Source: Octopus sinensis
Taxonomy: Eukaryota
Assembly (NCBI RefSeq): GCF_006345805.1
Contig: NC_043016.1
Location: 7,812,001 to 7,876,000 of the forward strand
Direction of reading: 5' to 3'
DNA length: 64,000 nt
Shown here: in pieces, positions 13,258-25,027 of the stretch
Layout of the letters: the number at the start of each line of letters is the position of its first letter
Numbering within the stretch: position 1 is the stretch's first letter
Program-made: the position numbers and the translations under genes
The notes under the pieces: generated by a model
Database searches by the model: none
Seen by the model: only the letters and a program-made list of their open reading frames with translations
What the model was told of the DNA's origin: nothing

Positions 13258-13572
13258 TTTTTATTTATTTTTATGCGCCCTTTTCAAACCTAGCCAGACT
13301 CATGGCCCGGTTTCCCAGTTTCTATGGCGTATGTGTTCCCCCCAGCTGGACGGGACACCAGTCCATCGCAGCGTTACCCAAAAAACAGGAAGAAAGAGTG
13401 AGAGAAAGTTGGGGCGAAAGAGTACAACAAGGGTCTCCACCCCCACTCCTGCCGGGGCCTCGTGGAGCTTTAGGTGTTTTCGCTCAATAAACACACAACG
13501 CCAGGCCTGGGAATCGAAACCGCAATCCTCCGACCGCGAGTCTGCTGCCCTAACCACTGGGCCATTATGCCT
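13258..13572 (-). mobile_element. tRNA-derived SINE family D, full length
   Basis: Reverse strand GAGGCATAATGGCCCAGTGGTTAGGGCAGC..GTTTCGATTCCCAGG; A-rich tail. Confidence 0.8.
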
Positions 13573-13870
13573 CTTGTATAATTTAAGTGGGTATTAATTA
13601 TGGAACGTATGAAGGTGGGAAGCAGGTAGAATCGTTACCGCGTCGGACAAAAAGCTACCTCGCATTTCTCTCGAACTAGCTGGCCTTCTGCCAGCTAGTT
13701 CGGGAGAGGATATAAATCGATTGCTCTCAGCCCCAGAACTCAACTGGTACTTATTTTATTGACCTCGAAAGGATGACACGCAAAGTCAACCTCGGTGGCA
13801 TTTAAATTCAGATAGTGAAGACGGATGGAATGACGTTGCACATTTTGACCGGTGTGCTAACGATTCTCCT

Positions 13871-14080
13871 TACTCTTTACTCTCTTTTACTTGTTTCAGC
13901 CATTTGACTGCGGCCATGCTGGAGCACCGCCTTTAGTCGAGCAAATCGACTCGAGAATTTATTCCTTGTAAGCCTAGTACTTATTCTATCGGTCTCTTTT
14001 GCCGAACCGCTAAGTTACGGGGACGTAAACACACCAGCATTGGTTGTAAAGCGATGAAGGGGTGGCAAACACAGACACAC
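13871..14080 (-). mobile_element. SINE family A 3' half
   Basis: Reverse complement of family A tail. Confidence 0.8.
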
Positions 14081-14380
14081 AAACATATGTGTTGTAATCA
14101 ACTACGCCCCTCTCCCAATATTCCAACCCTTGTGCCCAGGCACAGTCCCAGGAACTTTTTGAAGGGAGTGCACGAAGTCAGAAAGGAGTACAATTCCAGG
14201 AGAAAAGGTCGTCATAACATTATTTAGAAGGGAGCACTTTTTTCTGAGGGGGTGGGGCAAGTGCCCCTCAGCCTTTCTTTTCTTGAGACTGCCCCGGTGC
14301 CTACAATAAAAAGGATTATTGTAAGTGCTTCGAGATTTTTTTTTAGACGCTTAGTAATGTTTTGTGTCTTGCTTATATCA

Positions 14381-14464
14381 ATGGTTTCACGTTATGTAAC
14401 TATGGTTTCACGTTATGTAGCTATGGTTTCACGTTATGTAGCTATGGTTTCACGTTACGTCGCT
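14381..14464. repeat. 21-bp minisatellite x4 (ATGGTTTCACGTTATGTAGCT)
   Basis: Four near-identical tandem units. Confidence 0.95.
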
Positions 14465-14679
14465 ACTTTTAAATCCACACTTCCGAGAAATCTATCAATA
14501 CCGTTAAGTCAGGACTAACGATATATATGTGTGTATGTGTATGCGTATGCATGCATGTATTTACGTGTGTATGCATATGTTTGTGTAAGTATGCGTATAT
14601 GTACGTGTGTGTCTATGTGTCTCTATATGTATATGTATGTATATAGCATGTCCATATTGTTACTACACACATTTTTTTC

Positions 14680-14835
14680 TCTCCTTATTTTTTTCTGTGT
14701 CCCTTTCTGTAGAAGAGCGTAGGCTCGAAACGTAAAAGACTTTTTCTCTTCCTGAGCGTTATACTAATACATCTGTTTGTTTTGTACACCACTTGTCTTC
14801 GTCTTTTGTTTTTTTTTTCGTAAACTCTCCCTATA
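14680..14835 (+). mobile_element. Penelope-like pLTR-type short repeat containing a hammerhead-like motif
   Basis: Homologous to 17530-17700 (opposite strand); contains CTTT-CTGTAGA-A-GAGC-GTAG-GCTC-GAAA-CG-TA-AAAG. Confidence 0.55.
14703..14738 (+). ncRNA. Minimal type I hammerhead-ribozyme-like motif (variant core)
   Basis: Helix I CUUU/AAAG, core CUGUAGA plus extra A, helix II GAGC/GCUC, GAAA, palindromic ACGU helix III, UA cleavage triplet. Confidence 0.5.
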
Positions 14836-15380
14836 CATGTATATATGTGTATATGCACGTATGCATGTAAGTATAAATATATGTCCGTATGCATATATGT
14901 ATGTGCGTATTGTGTACGAGCGAGTGTATCTTCGATATCTATTCTGGTTTTAACAGAAAATTCGTAAGAGACAGTGTCTTGTGACGAGTAATGCAGTAAC
15001 TGGGAAATCGACATTGTACATACAGTGAGTATGCTATAGGCATGCATGCATGCATACATACATACATACATACATACATACATACATACATACACATACA
15101 TAAATACATACACACACATTTACGTATGCACATACACACACATAGACATACATGTATACGTACGTACATACATTCATGCAGACATACGTACGGACGCATG
15201 AACATACATACATGCATGCATAAATTAATAAATAACAAACATACATACATAAATATGCACGCACATATATGCATACATGAATAAATACATACATATACAC
15301 AGACAAGCACACGTACACGCACGCACACACACACACACACACACATACACACACACACACACATGAGGACTACGAATAAA

Positions 15381-15612
15381 AGGCGGCGAGCTGGCAGAAA
15401 CGCTAGCACGCCGGGCGAAATGCTTAGCGGTATTTCGTCTACCGCTACGTTCTGAGTTCAAATTCCGCCGAGGTCGACTTTGCCTTTCATCCTTTCGGGG
15501 TCGATAAATTAAGTACCAGTTACGCACTGGGAACGATATTATCGACTTAATACCTTTGTCTGTTCTTGTTTGTCCCCTCTATGTTTAGCCCCTTGTGGGT
15601 AATAAAGAAATA
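15381..15612 (+). mobile_element. SINE family B, full length
   Basis: Family B motifs. Confidence 0.9.
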
Positions 15613-15916
15613 TAAAATGCAATGTTGATGATAGTATCCGAACCTTCTACCTCTCGGTTAAATTTTTTGTCGTTGTATCCACACGTTTCAATCTGCTTCC
15701 ACTATATAAAAAAAAAAAAGACTTCATTTCTCTCTTTTTTCTTTCTTCTTTCTTTTTTCTTTCGAGAAATCAGTAACTCAGAAACGAAGGTGTTGTTTTG
15801 AGACAGTCACCAAATTCACGTGTTGTTAATTCAGGTGGAATCTAAAACGTCTCAATGCGTTTAGTTAAAATTATTTGAAAAATGTCTTCTCCTATTACTA
15901 TCTGGGCGACGTAGAC

Positions 15917-16100
15917 GTATTTCGTCTGCCGTTACGCTCTGAGTTCAAATTCCGCCGAGGTCGACTTTGCCTTTCATCCTTTCGGGGTCGATAAATTAAG
16001 TACCAGTTTCGCACTGGGGTCGATGTAATCGACTTAATTCCTTTGTCTGTCCTTGTTTGTCCCCTCTATGTTTAGCCCCTTGTGGGTAGTAAACAAATAT
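15917..16100 (+). mobile_element. SINE family B, 5'-truncated
   Basis: Family B body. Confidence 0.85.
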
Positions 16101-16339
16101 ATTACTATCTGGGCGACTGTCTGTCTTGTGTTTAGCTGTCAATCTGTTCATCTGTCTGCTGTCGTTCAGCCTCTGGCCAAAATAAACTTGATATAACATT
16201 TAATTCAATAACACTATACACATTGTCTACCTTCTGCAAAATAATATAAATATGCTTTTACTTGTTTCAGTCATTTGACTAAGGCAATGCTGGAGCACCG
16301 CCTTGAACGGTTTTAGTCGAACAAAGGCTTTGGTCGAAC

Positions 16340-17117
16340 AAGGTTTTATACTAGATTATTTAAGGAGTGAAGATGGCTCAATTGAAAGATCCTGTCCGAA
16401 GGCCGTGATTGGTCAGTTTACACACTGGCGCGAAATAAGTAGAGAGACAGACCGCGCTAGAAGCTAAACAATCATATCAGTGGACACAACAGGGTTAGCT
16501 AGTATTTTCACTATTCATCGTCTTTCGGTTTTAGACCTTCTAAGGTCTAGTCGGAAACTACAGAGAGAGCTACTCAGCCATATTCCAGTTCGAACGACAG
16601 ACGACAGCCAGCCGACCATACTATGAAGACACTATTGTATACCAGCGACAGACAGAACGTCATCACCAACGTCATCTTCATCTCCGTCGATTTCAACTTG
16701 TACACAACAACACAAATACACAGATTCAACTCACGCTGTTTGTGTGAAACTTTCACCACGGAAAAAACAGTGCAGTATATATCTGAAAGAACATCTATAT
16801 CAAGGGAAATCTGCACAACAAGTGACTCAACTAATCTTCGCTCCGAGACTCAAATTTGTTATAGAACTATTGTCGTGTGTACCACATGAACTGGTAACTA
16901 ACTCTATAATAACTCAGTATGCTGAGACTTCTCTTATGCTCTGTATTTCTGTTGTATTCGCATGCACCTTTATCTGTACCTTCTGTCGCACACACGAACA
17001 AATACTATACGCATGCATTCATACCACAACACTACGCTAGTAATCACAACTCACTTTGTACACTGTGAATAAAGTCTATCTTCTCTCTCAAACAGTGAGG
17101 ATATCAATATTGCTACA
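16340..17117 (+). mobile_element. Possible solo-LTR-like sequence
   Basis: Single-copy, CpG-retaining, non-coding. Has a reverse CCAAT (GATTGG) early and AATAAA about 45 nt before an end in ...ATTGCTACA. No TG start or TSD found. Confidence 0.25.
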
Positions 17118-17476
17118 GGAGACAAACAGAAAGTCCGTAATTCTTCATCAATTATCGACCAATGGTACTCTCCAGTTTCGCACCTTTAACGATTAAACTG
17201 AATGCTTCCCAACTGGCGGTGCCCGCAAAAAAAGGCTTTCTTGCGAAGAATTAGGGACAAGAGCAAACGAGCTGAAACAAAACAAGCAAACCGACACAGA
17301 GTGTGATTTAGGACTGTTCCGAGGACAAACAGTTGAATAAAATACGGCCTTGGGTCCAAGAAGACAAGAATAGTGGGTAACGCTTAGAACGATGTATGTA
17401 TGTATGTATGTATGTATGTATGTTTGTATGTATGTATGTATAGTGTAATATTATAATATATTATATATATATATAT

Positions 17477-17510
<34 letters not shown>

Positions 17511-17529
17511 ATATAACGGGAAGCTTATG

Positions 17530-17700
17530 AAAATAAACAAAAGACGAAGGCAGGTGGTGGGAATACAAACAAACAATTGATTAGTATGGCGCTCAGGAAT
17601 ATAATAAAACAAAAGTCTTTTACGTTTGGAGCCTACGCTCTTCAACAGAAAGATACACAGAAAAGAAAGACAGAAAGAAACAAGGAGAGAAACAAAATGC
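17530..17700 (-). mobile_element. Second copy of the hammerhead-bearing pLTR-type repeat
   Basis: Reverse strand TCTTT-CTGTTGA-A-GAGC-GTAG-GCTC-CAAA-CG-TA-AAAGA at 17616-17653. Confidence 0.55.
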
Positions 17701-17751
17701 GTGCAGAGGCTAGCGAATCAACATGGCGATATATATAATATATATAGGCAT

Positions 17752-17938
17752 AAACAAGGAAAATGCCACTTGTATTTGAACACTATACACATATTCTTTA
17801 AAAAAAACTTCTTTAATTTTTCTAAATTTAATTCTTTAATTGTTACAGTAGAAAAAGTCTTAATAACTGAAACCTGGTACTGAAATGTTTTTTATAAAAT
17901 TATTTTAGCATTTTCTATCTTGACTTTTTTTCCATATG
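17752..17938 (+). repeat. ~190-bp dispersed repeat, diverged partner at 18768-18958
   Basis: Both begin AAACAAGGAAAATGCC.CTTGTATTTGA and end CTTGACTTTTTTCCATAT. Confidence 0.8.
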
Positions 17939-18133
17939 TAATTATATATATCAGCCGAATTGCTAAGATGATCTGTTCTTGACTGATGACTGAGGGCTTC
18001 GAATGTCCCGTCCTGTGGTTCTTGTGTCGTCTCTGTGGTGTTTCATGTCTTTGTCCATGTCTGTATTTAATTTTACTGTTTACCTATATATATATAACAT
18101 ATCATATACATACACAACACATACACATACACT

Positions 18134-18164
<31 letters not shown>

Positions 18165-18201
18165 TAAGTGGGGTGAAAGGTTGTTGGCTTTGGTGTGAAG
18201 A

Positions 18202-18301
18202 NNNNNNNNNNNNNNNNNNNNNNNNNNNNNNNNNNNNNNNNNNNNNNNNNNNNNNNNNNNNNNNNNNNNNNNNNNNNNNNNNNNNNNNNNNNNNNNNNNN
18301 N
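18202..18301. other. Assembly gap (100 N)
   Basis: Run of N. Confidence 1.
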
Positions 18302-18439
18302 GTTCGTTGACCTTGAAGGTGTTCAGAAACCGGACTGCTTCAGTGGGTATTTTTCTGGTTTTTGTACTACTACAATCCATACAGAGAGGACCTTTTCTAA
18401 ATTTATTAAAACGTTCATACAGACACGTTGCTCTTCCAA

Positions 18440-18605
18440 ATTCTTCGTAATACTAATTCTCATCTCAGCATTTGGCTGCGATCATATTCAGTGCATGCTG
18501 GAGATCACCTGATGACCCAAGTAGCACCATGTCATCTGCAAATATCAGCCGACCGATTCTGCCCCCACCGACTGTGATACCGCGTCCACAACGGCTGCGT
18601 GTGTT
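18440..18605 (-). mobile_element. RTE-clade reverse-transcriptase fragment
   Basis: Reverse frame GITVGGGRIGRLIFADDMVLLGSSGDLQHAL contains the FADD motif. Confidence 0.7.
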
Positions 18606-19021
18606 ACTCTAGTTAATAAAAAAAAACAAATATGGCGAGGAGCGGCGTCAATATGCACTCTTGACGAAGACCAACATTCACGTAATAAGGTTTCGATCTG
18701 TCACAATTTACTCGAACACAGGTGACTAGTATGTATGTGAGTAAACAAGAGAGACAGAGACAGGCAGAAACAAGGAAAATGCCCCTTGTATTTGAGCACT
18801 ATAAAAATATTCTTTTAAAAACAATTTTCTATTTATTTTTCCAAAATTTAATTGTTTTCCATACTTACAGTTGAAAAAGTTTCAATGACTGAAACCGGTA
18901 CTGAAATGGTTTTTATAAAATTATTTTAGCATTTTCTACCTTGACTTTTTTCCATATATATCAACTCGTGTGTTCCGTTTCAAACTTCTACATACATACA
19001 TACATACATACATACATACTT

Positions 19022-19072
<51 letters not shown>

Positions 19073-20159
19073 GTACTTAGCTATACCTTCAGCCATTTAA
19101 ATTTCTCACAAAATCATGTTATTTGTTCTGCAAAAGTTTTCGTAATGCTTTAGTTTCAAAAACTCTAAAAACTAAAAAAAAAAAAAAGACTATTAACTAT
19201 AATTAAATTATTATCTCCTGGCTATTTTCTATGTACTGAAACAGGTCTCACAAAAAAAAAAGTTTCGTTCCACTGTTCCTGTCGTTATCTACGAGTTTGC
19301 ATATATTAAAAAAAATAATAATAAGCTGGCATTGACTTTCGTACTCGTTTAATTTACATATTCAAAATCCACATTTCAAAATTTACATTTAACAAAAGAT
19401 TACCACCAACCCTCGACAAACACATTTCTGCAAGAAAAATCGACTTTAAACTTCGAGACTAAATTTAGTCACAACATTTCAACCATTTACCTACATAGTA
19501 AATGTTTTCTGTATTCTCGTACCTATATCTTACTTGTCAGGTCGCTTAACGATGGTATGACAGATAATTACTAGTGCTTGATACTTCACAGGTAAATGTT
19601 AGTTACTCCTGCATTTGTCAATAACTGATTTATTTAATATAACCACCACGTATTTGTTAATTTCTATGTCTGAGAAATTTATTTCTCTACTGAACCAGCT
19701 GATCAAACTCCATTTGTCATTTCTTATGCATATTCCGCCCTTTCTCCTTTGAAAATATGATTTCTGTTCTGGTAACAGGTGTGTTGAAAAAAAATGTTGA
19801 ATGAAAGATAGTATTTATTTGCTCCACTTTTTATGAAATAAAATTGACTTGAAACACCAGATTGGAATGGATGTTGGGAAAGGTGTGCCTTACAGACGAC
19901 TGTTCATTTCCCAAAGAAACTGTCTCAATTCCTGCGTTAATTCTCAGAATGACGCCCCGTGATTCAGTTCTTGTCTCAGCGTCTTCACTTTCTGTTTTGG
20001 TCTTCATTCTTGCGCTTCAGTTGAACTCAAACGTAAACTTCAGTTTCAACTTCAATGCCTGATTCGCACTCCACTCATAGCTCAGCTCAATTTTCACCTC
20101 ACTTCAACTCTTGTCTCACCTCAAATCTCCCCTCACCTCGACTCTTGCTACACCTCGGA

Positions 20160-20732
20160 ATGCTCACAGCAGCCATATTCCTACCACTCTATGTCACGCT
20201 GGTGAGACCCATATTGGAGTATGGGATTCAAGCCTCTTCTCCTTATCTCCTCAAAGACATACAGCATCTCGAAAGAGTCCAGAAGCTGGCTACCCGCATG
20301 GTTCATGGTCTCAAAAATTTGTCCTACGAAGAAAGGCTGAGGACGCTCGACCTTTATTCTCTTGAAAAAACGCCGCCGCCGTGGTGATCTCATTCTCGCC
20401 CACAACATCATAAGCGAAGTGTAACCTCTCGAAAGAGCTGTTCTTCACTCCTGCTCCAGAGCGTCGGCTGCGGGGGTCCGAAAAGCTCTACCTGCGACGA
20501 TTTCATCTCAATCGAAGGAGAGGAGCTTTCTCTCCTCCTCCGGGTTGGCGGATCCGTGGAACAAGCTGCCAGACGAGATGGTGAAGATGCCGACGACCGC
20601 TCGTTCAAAGTCTCCCTGGACCTCAAGTGGCCTGAACTCTTTACATGAACACCACCCTGTACTTAACTCCATGTCCCCCACATGGCCTTGCTATTTGCTT
20701 TTGCCCAATTAACTAACTAACTAACTAACTAA
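20160..20732 (+). mobile_element. CR1-clade LINE, 5'-truncated 3' end
   Basis: LYVTLVRPILEY..LERVQKLATRMVHGLKNLSYEERL..RRRGDLI..WNKLP; 3' stem-loop CCATGTCCCCCACATGG and (AACT)n tail. Confidence 0.9.
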
Positions 20733-20884
20733 CCTCAACTCGCGCCTCACCTCAACTCTCACCTCACTTCAGCTCCTGCTTTAACTCGTGTCCCAAGCTT
20801 AACTCTGCTCCGATTTCAACTTATGCCTCAACTTCTGTCCCGGCCTCAATTCTTGCTTCAATTTAAACTCTTGTTTCAGCTTCG

Positions 20885-21253
20885 TATGCTCTTTACTCGA
20901 CCCTGGGACTTATTCTTTGTAAGCCAGTACTTATTCTATCTATCGGTCTCTTTTTGCCGACCGCTAAGTGACGGGGACGTAACACACCACACATCGGTTG
21001 TCAAGCAATGCTAGGGGGACAAACACAAACAACACACACATATATACACTCTTTTACTTGTTTCAGTCATTTGACTGCGGCCATGCTGGAGCACCGCCTT
21101 TAGTCGAGCAAATCGACCCTGGGACTTATTCTTTTATAAGCCCAGTACTTATTCTATCGGTCTCTTTTTGCCGAACCGCTAAGTGACGGGGACGTAAACA
21201 CACCAGCATCGGTTGTCAAGCAATGCTAGGGGGACAAACACAGACACGCACAC

Positions 21254-21284
<31 letters not shown>

Positions 21285-21632
21285 CATATATCCGACAGGC
21301 TTCTTTCAGTTTCTGTCTACCAAATCCACTCACAAGGCATTGGTCGGCCCGAGGCTATAGCAGAAGACACTTGACTTGCCCAAGATGCCACGCAGTGGGA
21401 CTGAACCCGGAACCATGTGGTTGGTAAGCAAGCTACTTACCACACAGCCACCCCTAAGTCTATATACATACATACGACAGTCTTCTTTCAGTTTCCGTCT
21501 ACCAAATCCACTCACAAGGCATTGGTCGGCCTGGGGCTATAGCAGAAGACACTCGCCCAAGATGCCACGCAGTGGGACTGAACCCGGAACCATGTGGTTG
21601 GTTAGCAAGCTACTTACCACACAGCCACTCCT
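20885..21632 (-). mobile_element. Cluster of SINE family A (tail piece, full copy, extra head)
   Basis: Family A motifs on the reverse strand. Confidence 0.85.
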
Positions 21633-21837
21633 GTTGCTTTAAATTATTTTCAATCCTGTCTTCGACTCAATTTCTCTGAAACTGCCCCCTCTGCTTTGGT
21701 TCATTTCACTATATTTCCTAGCAAGTCTAGTCTTCCAGCGATCTCTATGGAAAAGAACAGAAACTGCCAGTAGATGGGGGGTTTTTTTATTAATAAATAA
21801 ATAAATAATTGAAATAAAATAAAAACAAGTATTAGAA

Positions 21838-22612
21838 GGGCGAGGAGTGGCTGTGTATTAAGTAGCTTGCTAACAAACCACATGGTTCCGGGTTCAGTCC
21901 ACTGCGTGGCATCTTGGGCAAGTGTCTTTGCTATAGCCCCGGCCGACCAATGCCTTGTGAGTGGATTTGGTAGACGGAAACTGAAAGAAGCCTGTCGTAT
22001 ATATGTATATATAGGCGCAGGAGTGGCTGTGTGGTAAGCAGCTTCTAACCACCACATGGTTCCGGGTTCAGTCCACTGCGTGGCATCTTGGGCAAGTGTC
22101 TTCTGCTATAGCCCCGGGCCGACCAATGCCTTGTGAGTGGATTTGGTAGACGGAAAACTGAAGAAGCCTGTCGTATATATGTATATATAGGCGCAGGAGT
22201 GGCTGTGTGGTAAGTAGCTTGCTAACCAACCACATGGTTCCGGGTTCAGTCCCACTGCGTGGCATCTTGGGCAAGTGTCTTCTGCTATAGCCCCGGGCCG
22301 ACCAATGCCTTGTGAGTGGATTTGGTAGACGGAAACTGAAAGAAGCCCGTCGTATATATGTATATATATATATATGGTGTGGTGTGTGTGTTTGTGTGTC
22401 TGTGTTTGTCCCCCTAGCATTGCTTGACAACCGATGCTGGTGTGGTTTTACGTCCCCGTCACTTAGCGTTCGGCAAAAGAGACCGATAGAATAAGTACTG
22501 AGCTTACAAAGAATAAGTCCCGGGGTCGATTTGCTCGACTAAAGGAGGTGCTCCAGCATGGCCGCAGTCAAATGACTGAAACAAGTAAAAGAGTAAAAGA
22601 GAGAGTAAAAGA
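21838..22612 (+). mobile_element. SINE family A: two tandem heads (~176-bp period) followed by a full copy
   Basis: Heads start at about 21838, 22014 and 22190. Confidence 0.9.
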
Positions 22613-22926
22613 GAGCCAGAAATGTGCATTCCAGTCTGATCACATGTTCAATGTCCCCTGCAACAAACGAGAAGCTGTTACGCTATAAATAAGGCACTAT
22701 TTGTACAATGTAGACTTTCGTGCTTTTTTCTGGCTTTTTAGAAACAGCTTTCTCTCAGTTTGTTTGTTCATGAAAGTCAGCAACTTCCTCATCATTTCAT
22801 TTGTTGGAACTAAGATTCACTCGATACTCAAATGTGGTGGACAAGCTCCAAAGGAGCTGGACAGCTGGAGAGAGAGTGAGAGAGAGGACGAGTGATGCGC
22901 CAAAACAAGCATTGAGGATGGTTGAA

Positions 22927-23161
22927 ATACTTATTTCTTTACTACCCACAAGGGGCTAAACACAGAGAGGACAAACAAGGACAGACAAATGGATTAAGTC
23001 AATTATATCGACCCCAGTGCGTAACTGGTACTTATTTAATCGACCCCGAAAGGATGAATGGCAAAGTCGACCACGGCGGAATTTGAGCTCAGAAAGTAGC
23101 GGCAGACGAAATACTGCTAAGCATTTCGCCCGGCGTGCTAACGTTTCTGCCAGCTCGCCGC
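22927..23161 (-). mobile_element. SINE family B with ~18-bp TSD
   Basis: TGAGGATGGT(T/A)GAAATAC flanks both sides (22913 and 23162). Confidence 0.9.
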
Positions 23162-23239
23162 TGAGGATGGTAGAAATACCTAACCCAGAGTTAGAGTATC
23201 TGACTCAACAAAGTTCATACTGTGTGGGAATTTTGTCGC

Positions 23240-23376
23240 CTACGCCGGTGGGTGACTACGGGCAACTCTGGCGCCACGGGAGATGAGGTTGCAGAGCTGC
23301 TTCCCCGCCAGATGAGACGTCGACTCCTGCATTCGGAGACGGAGTACAGCAACACGCTCGACACATACGTATTTAC
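23240..23376 (-). CDS. Candidate terminal coding exon, product unknown
   Basis: CpG-rich island; TTATTTCAG acceptor-like site, then open frame KYVCVERVAVLRLRMQESTSHLAGKQLCNLISRGARVARSHPPA*. No homology recognised. Confidence 0.2.
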
Positions 23377-23529
23377 CTGAAATAATTGGAACTTAAGTTT
23401 TGTGGAAATTTCTGACAACGGGGAATACGGAACAATCAGAAGACAATATAACACCACAAGTTCAGTTACATTTTAATTCTATAAAAAAAAATGCATGAAC
23501 TGTAAACCTGTTTTCTGAAACTCTATAAT

Positions 23530-24352
23530 TCTTCTATATAATAAACAATTCAGCGCTACCCGTACAGATTTAGAATTTTTAACTTCTATGCTTTGTTGGA
23601 AATTTGGATTGTTTTCTTTTTTAATTCACTCCCACGTATGGATTATTTCACTAAAATTTCAGTTGCTAAATCTGGTTGCAGAGTTCTTTCTTCTCCATTT
23701 GAGTAACCCACTTGCGATTATTAACTCGTTAAGGCCCTCTTAGATGAGTGTTTCTTCATAAACAAGCGCAATAAATTCTGAATTTCGCCTACGTTACCTT
23801 ATTTAAATCTCATTTCTTGCTGACTGAAACTGTTTTCATTCTCTCTCTTAACTGCATTTGGATAAAAAAATTTTCAAAATACCAATGACGTATAATACTT
23901 CTTATTGCATGTATGTATGTATGTATGTATGTATGTATGTATGTATGTATGTATGTATGTATGTATGTATGTATGTATGTATGAATGTATGTATGTATGT
24001 ATGTATGTATGTATGTATGTATGTATGTATGTATATACGCACACATGTTTACGCGCATAGGTACATCTTGATCTATACACATGCAGGCTAGGGTCGATTC
24101 CTATGAAAAAGAAAGTGGACAAAATAATATCACCTGCTTATCGGGAAATTTGTTAGTTTGATTTTTTTTTTCCTTTTTAAAGATAATCAAACCAAATGTT
24201 CATAATTTCGAGCCACTCACCCAATGAGTATTTCTACCAAATATGGTGAAAATCTGTTCAGCCGTTTTCCAGGAATTTTGCAAACACACAGATAAACAGA
24301 TGAAGACGAATGATTACAATACCCTACTTTCGCTTACGCACGCAGGATAGCA
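23530..24352 (+). mobile_element. Possible Helentron-associated (HINE/pearl-like) non-autonomous element
   Basis: Internal (TATG)n, CCAAATATGGTGAAAATCTGTTCAGCCGTTTT, ACACACAGATAAACAGA and a terminal ACCCT..GCAGG stem resemble HINE 3' ends. Confidence 0.3.
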
Positions 24353-25027
24353 AATGAGTGGAAATCAAACCGGTGAGTATGTTAGATAATAAGGCATTAA
24401 GACGATATGACTCTCCCCAGACGCAACAAAATTTGAAAAGTATAACTTTTGCAGAATTCTTTGACGAACTAGTGTTCACCATTAGGCATGTTATTCTAAG
24501 ATTATGTCATGAAAACGAAAAACTCCATCTTTCATAAGGTACTGAAATTGTTGTTTGATGGAATGAAAAATTACTGCAAAATGTAGAAACACTTGGTGTG
24601 AATCGAGATTTGAAGGATGACCTAGAGGGTTCTATACAAAATTGTACACTAAACAAAAGTTTTGGTTTCAGTGAGCAGAACTTTACTGCCATCAAAGGAA
24701 TAAAATAATAAAAAATAAAGATAAAGGAATAGGCGAAAACCTCAGAATCTCAGTTTAAAGTATGAGTATACAAGTGCTACGACGGCATCACAAGTAAGCA
24801 AAGCAAATACAGAAGAACGTCCAGACGCACTGAATTTAGTTAACGGTCAGGGTAACCACAAGACGACCTTTTTCCACATGTCCAAATGTCTCTGTAGACA
24901 TAATCGATAGTTGTTACTACTGCTGGAAACAGAAGTGAAAATTGTAATGATACTTGCGTATAAAGTGCGATATTACAATTGTAGTGAAACATGGACGTTG
25001 GGTTTAGGTGAGGATGTAAGAAAATCG

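Noticed and set aside
14381-14464. CRISPR-like array
   Set aside because: The repeats are contiguous with no spacers, and the context is eukaryotic.
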